64,000 nt of DNA from Paraphysomonas bandaiensis. Lineage: Eukaryota; Protista; Chrysophyceae. The stretch is from the NCBI GenBank assembly GCA_965644295.1, contig CBFFRP010000298.1, positions 434,001 through 498,000 on the forward strand, written 5' to 3'. Below are positions 1 to 13,764 of this stretch, piece by piece (the stretch's first letter is position 1; each line of letters opens with the position of its first letter). A program made the position numbers and the translations under genes. Below the pieces are notes generated by a model. It made no database searches. It was not told the origin of the DNA and saw nothing but the letters and a program-made list of their open reading frames with translations.

Positions 1-1533
<1,533 letters not shown>

Positions 1534-2548
1534 TGAATCTATAGCACTCTAAACCTCTACAATTAGATACTATATATATATATATATATTATATATATAT
1601 ACATACATTATAACTGGATTTCCGAGCCTTTGACATGACTGGTAATCTAGTATATTAATGTTACTATACAATAACGATAATATCAACTATAATCTATATA
1701 TGATCATATGAATATATGAGTGTATTAGTAGTTAGTATAGTAACAATATTAAAATATACAAATACAGAGATAGAAACAACTATTTTTTTTTTAAACTATT
1801 AGAAATTACTTACCAGTTACTACCAGCGTATTATTCAATTTGATAGTGTTAAACTAGATGGATATATACACGATTAAGTACTAGACTATCACTAATCTGA
1901 TCAAACTCTACTATTAAAGTAAGTTAGTAAGTTTAGTTGATCGTATCTTGAAGAGACGCTATAATGGTCTGTATATATGCATATCCATACAGCTCTATGA
2001 GTATACATACATATATAGAGTGCACGATACATATACATACAGGGATACTGTAGTGTGTATATATGGGTAGATCTTTTTTGTCCACTCTACTGTATATTTT
2101 TTTGTAGTTTTTAGTAGCATATGCAAAAACATGTGATTTTATCTTCATAAACTCCTAATTTCACAAATATTCGACTTTTAGAACAATATTTTGTTGATGT
2201 GGTGTGTTGTATGAAGTGTTGAGTATATTTTTTCAGTAATTTTAGGTGTATATACAGCAGTCTGTATGTGTATGTATGTATATGTATGTATGTGTTGTAT
2301 AGGTACACACAGAAGGTGTCTCTGTATATGAGTTGGCTGTATCATATACAGGGAGGTCCTAGAGATACATGCATATATACATACATATGCAGGCATCTCT
2401 AGTTCATTGAATGATATAATTCATCTGCTCTGATTATCTTACCATCTCTATTGATTGAATAGTTTATCTATCATCTGTAGACAATTCTCTATACATAACA
2501 CTGTATTTAAATATACAATACAAACAATCTTTATAGAGATTCTATCCT

Positions 2549-5500
2549 ATGGAGAGTTACACTGTTGCAGCAGAATATCTTAAAGATGTGGTAACAGGTA
2601 TCAATAATTCTAAAGTTCAAGATGTTGCTGCTAGTAGAAATATATATATGGCTTTATGTAAAGTGGAATCAACTGCTAAAACAGCACCTGAAACTGAACT
2701 GGTAGCTACTGCAAGTTTATCAAATATAGAAGAAATATTTAACTCTAAGTTTATTACTTTAAATAAAAGCATTCAAGTGCTTTTGTATAGTATATATGAT
2801 ATATTGCTTCGTAGCACACCGGGATATGTTGTTCGGAATATTTTGAACTCTTTGTTGGTTGTTTGTAATAGTAAAGTTGCCACTGTATCGTCACGAGAAT
2901 GTGCAATCACTATTATTGGATACGTAATGGAAAAGCGCTCAATGGATATCGGAAGTATGATCAGTGATGTAGTTATGACAATGACACGAGTGATAAAGAG
3001 TACAGAGAATCCTACTCGACTAGCAGCCGTCCAGGCCACCACTCGATTACTCTCTGGTGCGGGGGCTCGAGTGGCGGATTGTCACGTGGAATTAGCCAAA
3101 CTATGTGCAAAGTATAATACTGATAGGTCTGTAGAGATTCGACAGAAGATTGCTTTAATGATTGGCGAAATCGGTTCAAACTCTGCTGGGTACACGACAA
3201 TCTCGTTTGATATTCTACATGGTGCTGCAGTGAAAGGTCTTGAGGATGAAGTGGGGGCTGTACAAGAGGCATATGCCCAAACTTTGGCAGTGCTATACAT
3301 GGAGCAGATCCATGCACATACTGAGGAACAGGAACAAGCTAAGATCGGACTTGCACGTGGAGGGTCGGCACCGGTTTCGGAGTCGCCCAAAGGCAAGGCT
3401 TCTTCAAGAGGCTCGTTGTCGAAATTGAAAGACATAGCGTTGAAGGACATTATGACTACAAGTACAACGAAGAAGACAGACGAAAATGACTATAAAACTG
3501 TAGTTAAAAGTGTACTACGAACAATGGCCAAGAGTTCTGCATTAGTTAGAGCTGGATATGTTTCTGTTCTACGCCACTTGATTCAACTGCTTCTGCCATC
3601 TTTGCAGCTCGATAAGGATACCCTGTCTTGGATGTCAACCCATGTAATTCTTGTTTTACGTGATTCTACGATATCCACGCTACCCTACGAAGAAATTGTC
3701 AATTTTCGATCACGCTTGGCCCACCTTATTCGCACGAGTATCACTTGCTTCCTCTCAGAACCTAATCAAATTACTTTTGCTTCTGCTCTGACCTCATTTC
3801 TGACGAGTACAGAAGCACGCTCCGAGCATGAATTACAGTTAGCTCTAGGGGAGCTTGGACATGTTGTGACATCACTTGGTGAGGCGTCTATAAGCGTATG
3901 CGAAGAAATTAAGGCTGCAGCCAATGTACAGTTGAGAAACAGCAGTTTTGGCGTACGAGCTGCTGCGGCATATGTGTTTGCCGCTCTTGCAAGTGTGATA
4001 CCGGCCTCTGCGGCAGGTTTTCTCAAAGACGCCTTGACTGGTGCTGCTGTTCAGGTGAAACAACTGCTGGCTTTTGAAGATGCGGATTACAACGCCACCG
4101 CTGGTAAATCTCACTTGACACCTGCCATTTATCGGCTTTGATACTGTCTATACTATACACCAATTTCACGTCTCCGTAAAATGTACTAATCTAAAATATA
4201 GCATCTGACAATGCTGGAGAAGGTGAACCTTCTGGGGGATCTTCGCCCGGTCCTGCGCGTAAGAACCCACGTGATGCAGAGAGGCTTCAACGCATGTTCT
4301 ACTTTCACGGTATTATTTGATGTGTGATGTGTTGTGTGTCGCTTTTCGGATATTATATGGTGTTGTGAAAAAGCAACGACTTACCCTTTTCATTCAGGTC
4401 ATTCCTTGGTTATATCTATTTTTCTCAAGAACGAGCGATCCTTACCTACGGGCTTGCCCTCTGAACTCGTCATGAATGCTTTTGATTTCGGCTTAGAAAT
4501 GCTCACCCTTGATATTCAGTCTGCCCCACCGACACTTCGCCATGTGGTGTGCTCTGTTATCCGTGCTGGGTCTCTTATTGTCTCGTCTTGTCTGAATATG
4601 GGATATAAAGTGGCTAAAAGTCGAATCGGAGTATTGTTGGACTGCTGTAATACGCTGTTGCTTCCAACGTCCTCTCCTCCTCCGGCGAGTTCTTCTGCTG
4701 CAGCTGGACAGGATTTGCTGTATGAGTTAATGTCTGCGGAGGCAGCATTAGTATGTATTTCAACACTGCTGTGGTTTTGTCCAGACTCACTTGTCTATGA
4801 TGCTAATTGCCTTATCACTATTGTGGACGGACTCGAGAATACATTCCGAGCGATTAAAACAAAATACCAATCAAAATTTCGTGGGCATTTCCGTTTTCGC
4901 ACTTTACATGTGATTCTATTGGAATGTTTCGCATGGCTTCCTCCAGGGTCATTCCCTAACACTTGTCCTCAGCTTTTTGTGGAGGCACTGAGGGTGTTTC
5001 GAGATAGTATATCAGCGGGATACGAATGCACATGCTTGTGTGAGTTTGTTCCACCAGATCATAATGTGCTCTACACATCCGGAGTATCGAAGCCACCCAG
5101 CCTGGGATTCGCAGATCCTCCGATGTCGGAAAACATGATGATGCTCAAACTCGAGCAGTACAGTGTAGCGTTACAGAAGAAGGAAAGCGAAGCGTTTTTA
5201 GCGTGTTTTTCGAAAGAGGTGAGGATGGTTTCTATGCGCTATGTATGTGTTATTGAATCACAGCTCCATTGGTATATATAACTTATGTGCGATTTGTATT
5301 ATAGGTACACATGCCGGAATTTCGACGGACTCCTTTGCACGCCACTGACTGGATGGAGCCCTCTCCCCCTGTCGCATTTATTGATTCCCGAACTGTTGAT
5401 GCTTCGATTGCACTAGTAGCAGCGACCTTCGGGCATCAAACCAATGACTATCAGGAAAAAGCCGTGCAGTTGTGTTCCCAGGCAATGGCGCAACATATGA

Positions 5501-8500
5501 AAACTGCTGGAGGAAGCTCGGCAGCATTGGGAATATTTTCATCTGAAGAGGACCGCAGAAAGAAAGACCGGAAGTGCTACGTTTCTCTGAAGAATGTCAC
5601 TGCTGTATTAAGTGCTATCATCAGGTCGTTTCCTTTTCATAATGGCATGTCGTTAGAGCTAGATTTACAATGGGTGCAAGTGGTTGCTGAAAGGTTATTT
5701 GAAATGCTTTCCTATTCAAATGTTGAGATCCGTAGTGCCTCCGCCTCTGCTCTGGGGGTATTTTGTTCGAAAATATTCGGAGCTCAACTGATGGATACAA
5801 TGGGCATGAAAATTACTCAAGCAATTAGAAATTCAGTCGACAGGAAAGGAGATAACATGGGTGAGCTATATGCAGGTGATTTTGAATTATGTTGTAATCT
5901 TGAACTGCAGCTGATTTATCGGGACACGTGCTGGCTTTGAGTTCTTTGTGGGTACATGCTGCGTCACAACCGGCTGTGCAGGATAACATACTCACTGTAA
6001 GTGTCGTTTCTGCTTATATGACAGTCTAATTTGGCTCACTGTACTATATAGATCGTACTGGACACGTTGAAACGTGTTGAATGCTCGCTTATGTTTCGTG
6101 CGTACGGATTGTTTTCATTGTCATGCATTCTGAAGTACCGTTCTATAAATCGGTCGTCTTGTGACATCGCTGACACAAACTCATTGATAGACCGCGTTCT
6201 ACAAATATTGGAAGTACATCTTGTGTGTGCTGGAACACTCACGGATCAAACGGCGCAGTATGAACACCCATTGTTATTAGTATGCTTACAGCGATTGGTC
6301 AATACCACACTCCCCATTATTCTCGAAGTTGATCCCCAATCGGAACACATTCAGAGTTTGGTCAAGATGTGGGACGTCATCCGAAAGTCATCCTCGCTTT
6401 CTGCGGTTCAGCACGAGTGCATGGAGTTCATTCTCGCGTCATCTGTGGTCCCTATGAAGACCCTGGACCCTGTTGTGGTAGCAGAATTTATAAAACAATC
6501 CTTGCAGCATCCTGAGCACACTAATACTGATCACCTTGGCAAAGCTGTGGCGTGCGTGCGTATACTGGTCGTACAAAATGTTGATGTTGTATGTTCGGTA
6601 CGTGCGTAAACGTTTGATTCATATGTACAGAATATCTTGTTTTATAGCCTGCTTGTATCATAAACTGGGCATGGATTCTAACCTCATTGTTTATTATAGG
6701 CGGGGCTAGATATTGATCTATTTACTTTGTTGGACTGGTGCATCGCAACATCAGCCACAAGTTGCACGTCTCCATACTGGGGTGTCGAACTTCGGTCAGG
6801 AATGGAGAACGTGGTGCTGGGAAATACACGAGTGTTGCAGCAAGAGATCGAAGGTGTGCTGGACTCACTAGTTGCGGTCGACGTGCAGCGCAATGCCGAC
6901 CAAAGGGCTGCTCATTGGGTTTTGCTTAGTCGTGTGATCGCCCTAGGATTGCGAAGTGGTTCAGGTGCACCTGTTCATGATGAGCCTGACAATGAAGACC
7001 ATAGAGACGAGAAAACCACAGGTGAGCTCGAAGAATCGACATCTATGACATATGTCCAGTTCTCTTCATGGTGTCGAGAGAACGCATTGAATAAAGGAAA
7101 AGATGTGCTGTCCACACGATTCAAACTTAAATGCGTCGCCCTACACTGCGCAACCACAGCTCTAATTGGAGAGTCCGACCGCTTGTCAGTTGCCCATTCC
7201 GACCTGCTGTTGGGCAGAAAACTCACCCAACAGCATCTGGATTCGTTGTGTACTGCGAAGCCTACTGATGAATCCCTTTCGCAGCTTCCCTGTTATCTAT
7301 CATTATTTATGCATGATCTTGTCAGTCTTGGGTGTGCCTGTGCGTCGTTCTCGATAGAAGACCACCGTTTGGTTTCACTTCAGTCATCATCTCTTGAATT
7401 TATTCAAGCAGTTGTGAACTTGTTTTGGAATTCCATTGACCCTGATGACAACGCGGATAGTTCTACCGCAATGATCACTGTTCCACACCATCAGAAAATT
7501 TTACAGCAGTATATGGCTCAGATAATAAGCGCTATTCGTCCGTCTTTATCAGCAGAGTGGGCACCAGCTTTACTATGGACTGCTGGAGGTCTGGTTTTTA
7601 ATTTTATTTTGGGAGGGCTTCTGACAGATAAAGTTGTCGTACGCCGGTTAGCCAAGATGCTGCTAGGTGTACTAGAGAAGAAAAATGCCGTATTTGATGT
7701 GAGGAGTGCTGTTTCACTGGATGTAGCAGGGGAAGTATCTACTATTCAGCACATCATCACCTCAACGAATATGGCTCGTTTATTTCTCTTAACTACTACT
7801 TATGGAGAGCAAGTCGGATCTGTTGGGAAGGAGGTTCGGGATACCCTTGCGGGCATGTTGGAAAGCCATTTACCGAAGATGACTGAGGTGTGGTATGCGA
7901 TTGGAGTGGACGGGGCTCGTATTCTTCAGGGGCATGGGGCGTGGACCACGGAACAGGCTACCACTGACTGCCGCCGAGGAGGTATGTCCTATGCTCCTAC
8001 TGTAGACGCCCTGAAGCTGCAGCGGCACTTCGAATATGCTCTACCATTCGTTGTTGCAGCCGCTTCGTTCTCTGACCACCTGCCAGAATATCGGCTCTCC
8101 CATTTGTACTCCTTGTCTGCCTCCATGTTAGGACACCTTGCCACTTACTCCACGCATTATTCAGTGTCTGCTTGTAGTGGTACTGAGGGCAGTCTGATTA
8201 AGAATATGAAAGGGTCATTGGGACCGTTAGTGCTGGCTGGTTTATGTTCACTTGCCCATAAACTTCCTCAAGCAACTAGGGATCAAGCTGATGACAAGGA
8301 AGTTCCTACTAACGCTTGGTGTCAGTTAGTAACCTTTTTGGCAGACGACCTTGCATCTGAAACAGTATCTGAAACACATATAGAAGAGACATGCACGCGT
8401 TGTGTTCTAATATCTCAGTTGATGGCGACATTGGCAACCCGTATTCTTAACGATTCAAGTACTGAGGCCACCAGTGATTCTCAGGATGGGAAAAACAGGC

Positions 8501-9825
8501 GCGACGACTTCATTCATTTGGCGTGCCGTATGTGGGTCTGCAATCTTATCATGGCACGAATGTGCCTTGGTGGTATATTTAGCGATATTCATGACCAAGA
8601 TGGAGATGTGGGATCTCATGCGTACGTATATCCTTTTATTCAAATTGATAGTCGCAAGAGCACGGATATCAGCAAATGGTGGCTGAATGATTCTCGTGGT
8701 ATCAGTGTAATTACATCGGTCATAAGCAGTATAGAGCAGGTTTCTCGATTTGTGGGTAACAATGATATGACTGTATACATGTGTAACTTCCTTGTTGCTG
8801 TGGTGCCATACTGCGCCCTGCATATTGCCGATGACTCTGCGCGGTATGGCGTGCTGAATGTAGTGACTACCTCTCTCGTAAAGGCTTCTGAATACTGTGA
8901 CGTTAGTGCTGTGCTTCTGAAGGAGCTTTGGGTATGGCAGGAGCTCACTAACGCCACGTCGAGTATATCTCTTGCTGGCGTGGATGAAGTGAAATGCGAC
9001 CCAGAGGAGAACCCTAAGCCCGAGTCTATTACCGAGTGCGGCAGAGCTATTTTTAGTGCCTGGATTCAAGTGTGTGTGGAGAACATTCATAAGGTACGGG
9101 TATTTAGTGGTAGAAAGTGGGATGAGGTCTAGTCTCTGATCCCGTGTATACATCTAGTGCTCGCCGTTTGACTATGTGTTATTTGTTCACAGAATTCTTC
9201 AGAGTATGAGATCAACGTTGCACCTCTAGTGGCCACTTTGATGTGCAAAGATACGTCTATGCACTACATTTCTGGTATTGTTGCAGCAGGTATGCGGATG
9301 GTACAGCACTACCAGAGTGCCCAGTCGCCTCTCGTGGGTACGTGTGTGGCGCTGTTATCGTCTACGTTGATACCTCCACTCCTTCGCTTTTCTGCTGCCA
9401 CTGCAACGGCTCCCACAGAAACCAATGTTCACATTCTGCTTCTTCAACTGGTCTTTGTAATATTTAACCTGTTGTCGAGTGATGAGCAGCGCAGCGCATA
9501 TGTTCGCTTAATTCTTCCTAGTCTCTGCCTGCTGATAGAAAAGCGTGGGGCCAATGATAACCTTTCTCTGGTGTGTGGCAAAGGGGTTACTCATATCGCC
9601 CGCACTCATCCTCAGCTTTTCCGAACAGAGATTGCAGTTCTACCTCCGTCACAAATAACTCTTTTACAGACAATCATGAGAACCGTTTTAGAGGCTATGC
9701 AAGGTGGTGTAAGTTCAGGGACAGCGCAGGCGGACGGAACTGCTCCAAGCACAAGTGCAGGGGCACCGTCATCTACAGGAGGTCTCAAGATGAAAATTGA
9801 CATGTCCAAATATCGTGGGTCATAG
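2549..9825 (+). CDS. HEATR5: HEAT repeat-containing protein 5 (HEATR5/Laa1/SWEETIE-like, AP-1 accessory protein), multi-exon
   Basis: Long helical ORFs joined by short GT-AG introns. Motifs include LGELGHVVTSLG, VRAAAAYVFAALA, ILQQYMAQIISAIRP, IARTHPQLFR and a C-terminal KMKIDMSKY typical of the family. Confidence 0.8.
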
Positions 9826-10258
9826 TTACATAATTTCTTCTTGATACCCATGTCGATTTAGATTATTGTAGTTTCAGCGGGAAAATCTGTTTGACAGTCG
9901 TAGTTGATAATAACTTTTGTGTTTTAAATTTGCATTATACATTATTAATATGATATGCTTTGTAGTGAAAGCATGCAGTAGATATGTTGTCGCAGTCGTC
10001 AGAAGAAAGTTTGATCAATGACTTCTTTGTACAGTGGCAGAAAAGTAATATAATAGAAAACGATATTGATTTTATTATATGCTGTCTCAATTTAAATTTT
10101 TGACAAGTTCAATTTTTGTTACGCAGTCCTGGTAACGTTTGCACAACTTATATTACAATACAATGCATTCATTCTCACAACACTTGTATTGGTCTATTAA
10201 ATAAAAGACTTTTATGGTCTTAAAGAAGTATCTTACTCGTGACTGTACTTGTCTATAC

Positions 10259-11133
10259 CAGGGATAGGGAACAATATATTGTATTGCAATATATTGTACA
10301 ATATATTGCAATATATTGTAAAATATATTGATTGGTGGACTGGTCAAATATTCCATCAATAGTGTTTCTGTTAATAGAGCTCACAATACTATTGCAATAT
10401 ATTGCAATCAATATTATGATAGTCATATAAGAGAAGATCCTCAACTGTATGGTGCAAAATATACGCCTCTGTATACAAATATCCGGAAAATAAGAAAAAA
10501 AGCCTATTTTTGATGTTATTTTCTATTTTTTATGTATCGCCAGCTCAAACAGCACTCTACACCTCTCCACATGTATGTACAGTACTTCTCTTAATATAGT
10601 ATATATATCCTATAGTGACAAGAAGAGACAACTGAATGATGAGTGCATACAAGAGTAGGGACATTTACCGCTGTTTTTGGAGTCCGGTCGAAGGTGTCCC
10701 GAACAAACACGAGTGTAAAATCTGCGGACGTAAACGACAACAGAATATTCGGAATGGATACAACAATCTAAAGGATCACACTTTCTCTCATGATGTGTGG
10801 GAGGAGACATTGAAGAGGTATTTACGGGCTGTCTGCACCAATGGTCCCATGGATGCTTTTGTTCTGCAGCCTTCAGACAAGGCGAAAACAATTTATGAGT
10901 GGGTGGAGTGGATTGTCGAGGAAAATCTTCCATTAAATTTCTTATAAAATATGGCAAGTACTAAAAATGAAAACTACGGATGTGTTTACTTACTGATTAG
11001 TCATACTAATATATTGCAATATATTGTACAATATATTGCAATAGTATTGTAGGGCCGGTTTAAAAAATCCATCAATACTATTGATGGAACGCTACCTAAC
11101 AATAGTATTGCAATATATTGTTCCCTATCCCTG
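10259..11133. mobile_element. Non-autonomous, internally deleted hAT-superfamily DNA transposon, 875 bp
   Basis: Perfect 23-bp TIRs CAGGGATAGGGAACAATATATTG at 10259-10281 and 11111-11133. 8-bp TSD GTCTATAC at 10251-10258 and 11134-11141. Subterminal CAATATATTG palindromic repeats at both ends. Confidence 0.93.
10636..10947 (+). pseudogene. Truncated hAT transposase N-terminus (BED-type zinc finger)
   Basis: CKIC...NGYNNLKDHTFSH zinc-finger pattern followed by AKTIYEWVEWIVEENLPLNF. The ORF stops before any catalytic domain and lies inside the TIR element. Confidence 0.75.
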
Positions 11134-11467
11134 GTCTATACCTTACTCAGGTATAAGGTCTATGCCTATGTCTCACACGTATGCGGACAAGCTGAGTTTT
11201 GATATTATAAATATAATACAATCAACTTTCTAGCAGAAAATAATTGTGTCTGGATTTTTGTATTACCATAGAAGAGTCTCCAGTATATTTCACTAAGACT
11301 GATATATGTAAGTCGACTTAAAAATTTACTGAACACATGCAGAGGACTAGAAAAATACATAAGGAACACAAGATACGGGGATAACAATGATTCTATAAGT
11401 CATAATAGATATACCCATGGTTCTTTAAGTTATGATATCATATATCGCAAGCATATCAGTATATACA

Positions 11468-11997
11468 TTACGCGTTTTGAGGCAACTTGTGGCTCTCATA
11501 GAGGTCGTCTCTACTCACAATTTCGCGAATAATTTGAGTAGTTGATATACCAGGCGTAAAAGGGACAATCTTAAGTTTGTTAAGACGTTTAGCATCACCA
11601 TAATACTTTTCCACACTCTCTTCTGTCCAATCACTTCCATGTGTAACGAAATCGATCTGGTTACGTTCAATGAACTCTGCGTCAGCCCTCAATGGAGCCT
11701 CAACTACTTCATCAGCAAATCCAGACATGAGAATAGTCTGAACACGAATCTCATACGACAACACCGGTCGACGCTTATACATTTCAACAGTTTCATCAGA
11801 GCACACACCCACAACAAGATGAATAGGCTCTGAGAATTGAGCACGCACGCGTTTCAGATATGACATATGTCCTGCATATAAACTCAATCAGCGAAAAGCA
11901 AACAAAAACAACAATATTCACCTAAATGAAACATATCAAACACTCCATCAGCATAAACTCGTAAGAGTCTTTTAGTTTTCTCTTGACTGGGTTCCAT
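11468..11997 (-). CDS. HxGH-family cytidylyltransferase (choline/ethanolamine/glycerol-phosphate cytidylyltransferase-like), single domain, 2 exons
   Basis: Removing a 50-bp GT-AG intron (11872-11921) gives RVYADGVFDMFHLGH. Also VVGVCSDE, YKRRP, IDFVTHGSDW and PFTPGISTT. Confidence 0.88.
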
Positions 11998-12633
11998 TTT
12001 GCTTTGTAGTTACTACTGAATCTATTGACTATATATGAGATGCTTGTATTTCATTTCGTTTAGTTCCACCACTCTAAGTGCATCTATGTACATGTGTTCA
12101 TGACAGGTGTGCAATATCCACATGTGTTGAGGCAGAAGATTCTCTGCTACTAACTCAGTTGTATGGAAACTTCCACATTGCTGTATGGATCCATATAGCA
12201 CTGCAATCACCATATGTTTCAATTCAACTGCCACCCGTGCTATAATATCCAATCAATTGTATATTATAGAATATGATTCGTCAATACTTCCTATGGTAAA
12301 TCACATATGTGGAAGTGTTAACTTCATAGCTATAACCAATAAACGTTGTAAGATAATGATTGATATGCTATAAACGGTCCACACACTGTATTCTATGTTA
12401 TACAGTAATACTACACTGAACATCTGTTTCCTTGAAACATCTGGTTCCTATTCACCAATCATTTTATATTCCTATTGTTTGATTCGACAAGAGGCAGTTA
12501 GCAGCTCAATTGTAGGAGAGTGTCATATAATCAACACACACAGCCGCATCACTGCATCATAACTTCATTGGAAATATTAACAGTAAATCACCATCAAACT
12601 TGTTAGTTTCATATATCAAGGTTGAGTTTAGCA

Positions 12634-13311
12634 ATGGGTAAACACTCCACTACCAATGGCAATTCGGATAATCATTACTCAGTCGGATTTAAGGATGTAT
12701 GGCACTTCTATCCTAACCTCATTGGATACTTCCGCTACTTTCTCTGTATAGTTGCTACTTTCACTATGTTTTCAGATATGCACTTATGCACTGGTTCATG
12801 TATATTGCTGTCCTTTATATTAGACATATTTGATGGAAAAATTGCCCGAGCATATAATCAATGTACAATCTTGGGCGATGGTTTGGATTGGGGAGCAGAT
12901 TTGTACATAGATATTCTTCTAATGGTATGGTGGGGAACTCTACAGAAAGAAATATTTCCATTTGCCATTCTGTGGACAATGGTTGAAGTGGTTGCTGCAA
13001 TATATGACTTTGCTATTGTTGCCTGTGACCGCTACCCTCCCAGACCTGAGCAGTCAGGACTGTGCATCATAATTCAATGGGCAATTCCAGGCGGAAAATA
13101 TTCGTTGCTTGGTTGGATAATATGGCTTTCATACCCATTTTTTATCACGGCTAGATGTTTTGATATTTCAGGTACACTTTCGTTTCTACTTCCATTTTGG
13201 AAGGTCATGCAGGTTGTACTCGTGATACCATCAGCCCTTTTTATTTGGTGTAATCTGGCGCTTCTTATATCTGGATTAAATCGATGGCAAGAAAAGCGAA
13301 AAGTCATTTAA
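12634..13311 (+). CDS. CDP-alcohol phosphotransferase (phosphatidylinositol-synthase-like), intronless
   Basis: PNLIGYFR, the full signature DIFDGKIARAYNQCTILGDGLDWGAD, and several hydrophobic helices. Confidence 0.88.
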   Translation: MGKHSTTNGNSDNHYSVGFKDVWHFYPNLIGYFRYFLCIVATFTMFSDMHLCTGSCILLSFILDIFDGKIARAYNQCTILGDGLDWGADLYIDILLMVWWGTLQKEIFPFAILWTMVEVVAAIYDFAIVACDRYPPRPEQSGLCIIIQWAIPGGKYSLLGWIIWLSYPFFITARCFDISGTLSFLLPFWKVMQVVLVIPSALFIWCNLALLISGLNRWQEKRKVI

Positions 13312-13764
13312 TATTATGATTACAATAATAATAGTTTTAATTGATCACGATTAATCGCTGCCATAACGATATAGTAATACTTTAATACAGCTGTAGAGGT
13401 CTCAGTTGATACCACTACGACTACTAAAATAAAAATAAAACCCAGTAATTCGGCAAAGCAGATTCGAGGAGACTGAATTGCTAGCTATGACACGACAGGA
13501 AGACGTGATCAGAAACGGAAAAGACTGTGCCGTGTTGGAGATAGAAATGCGCTATATTCCAATCACATCTGCTACGTAATATTATAACAAATAATGTAAT
13601 ATTTATTAAACTAATTATGCATCTGACACCGGCACAAGTTACTAACTATCACTAAAGCCCGCCATGTCTACCATAACCCACGACAAATCGAAGTACAAGT
13701 TCATATACACCATAGCAATCTCTCATCTTCCCATTGTATTATCCTATCGCTAATCAGAAGGTGT

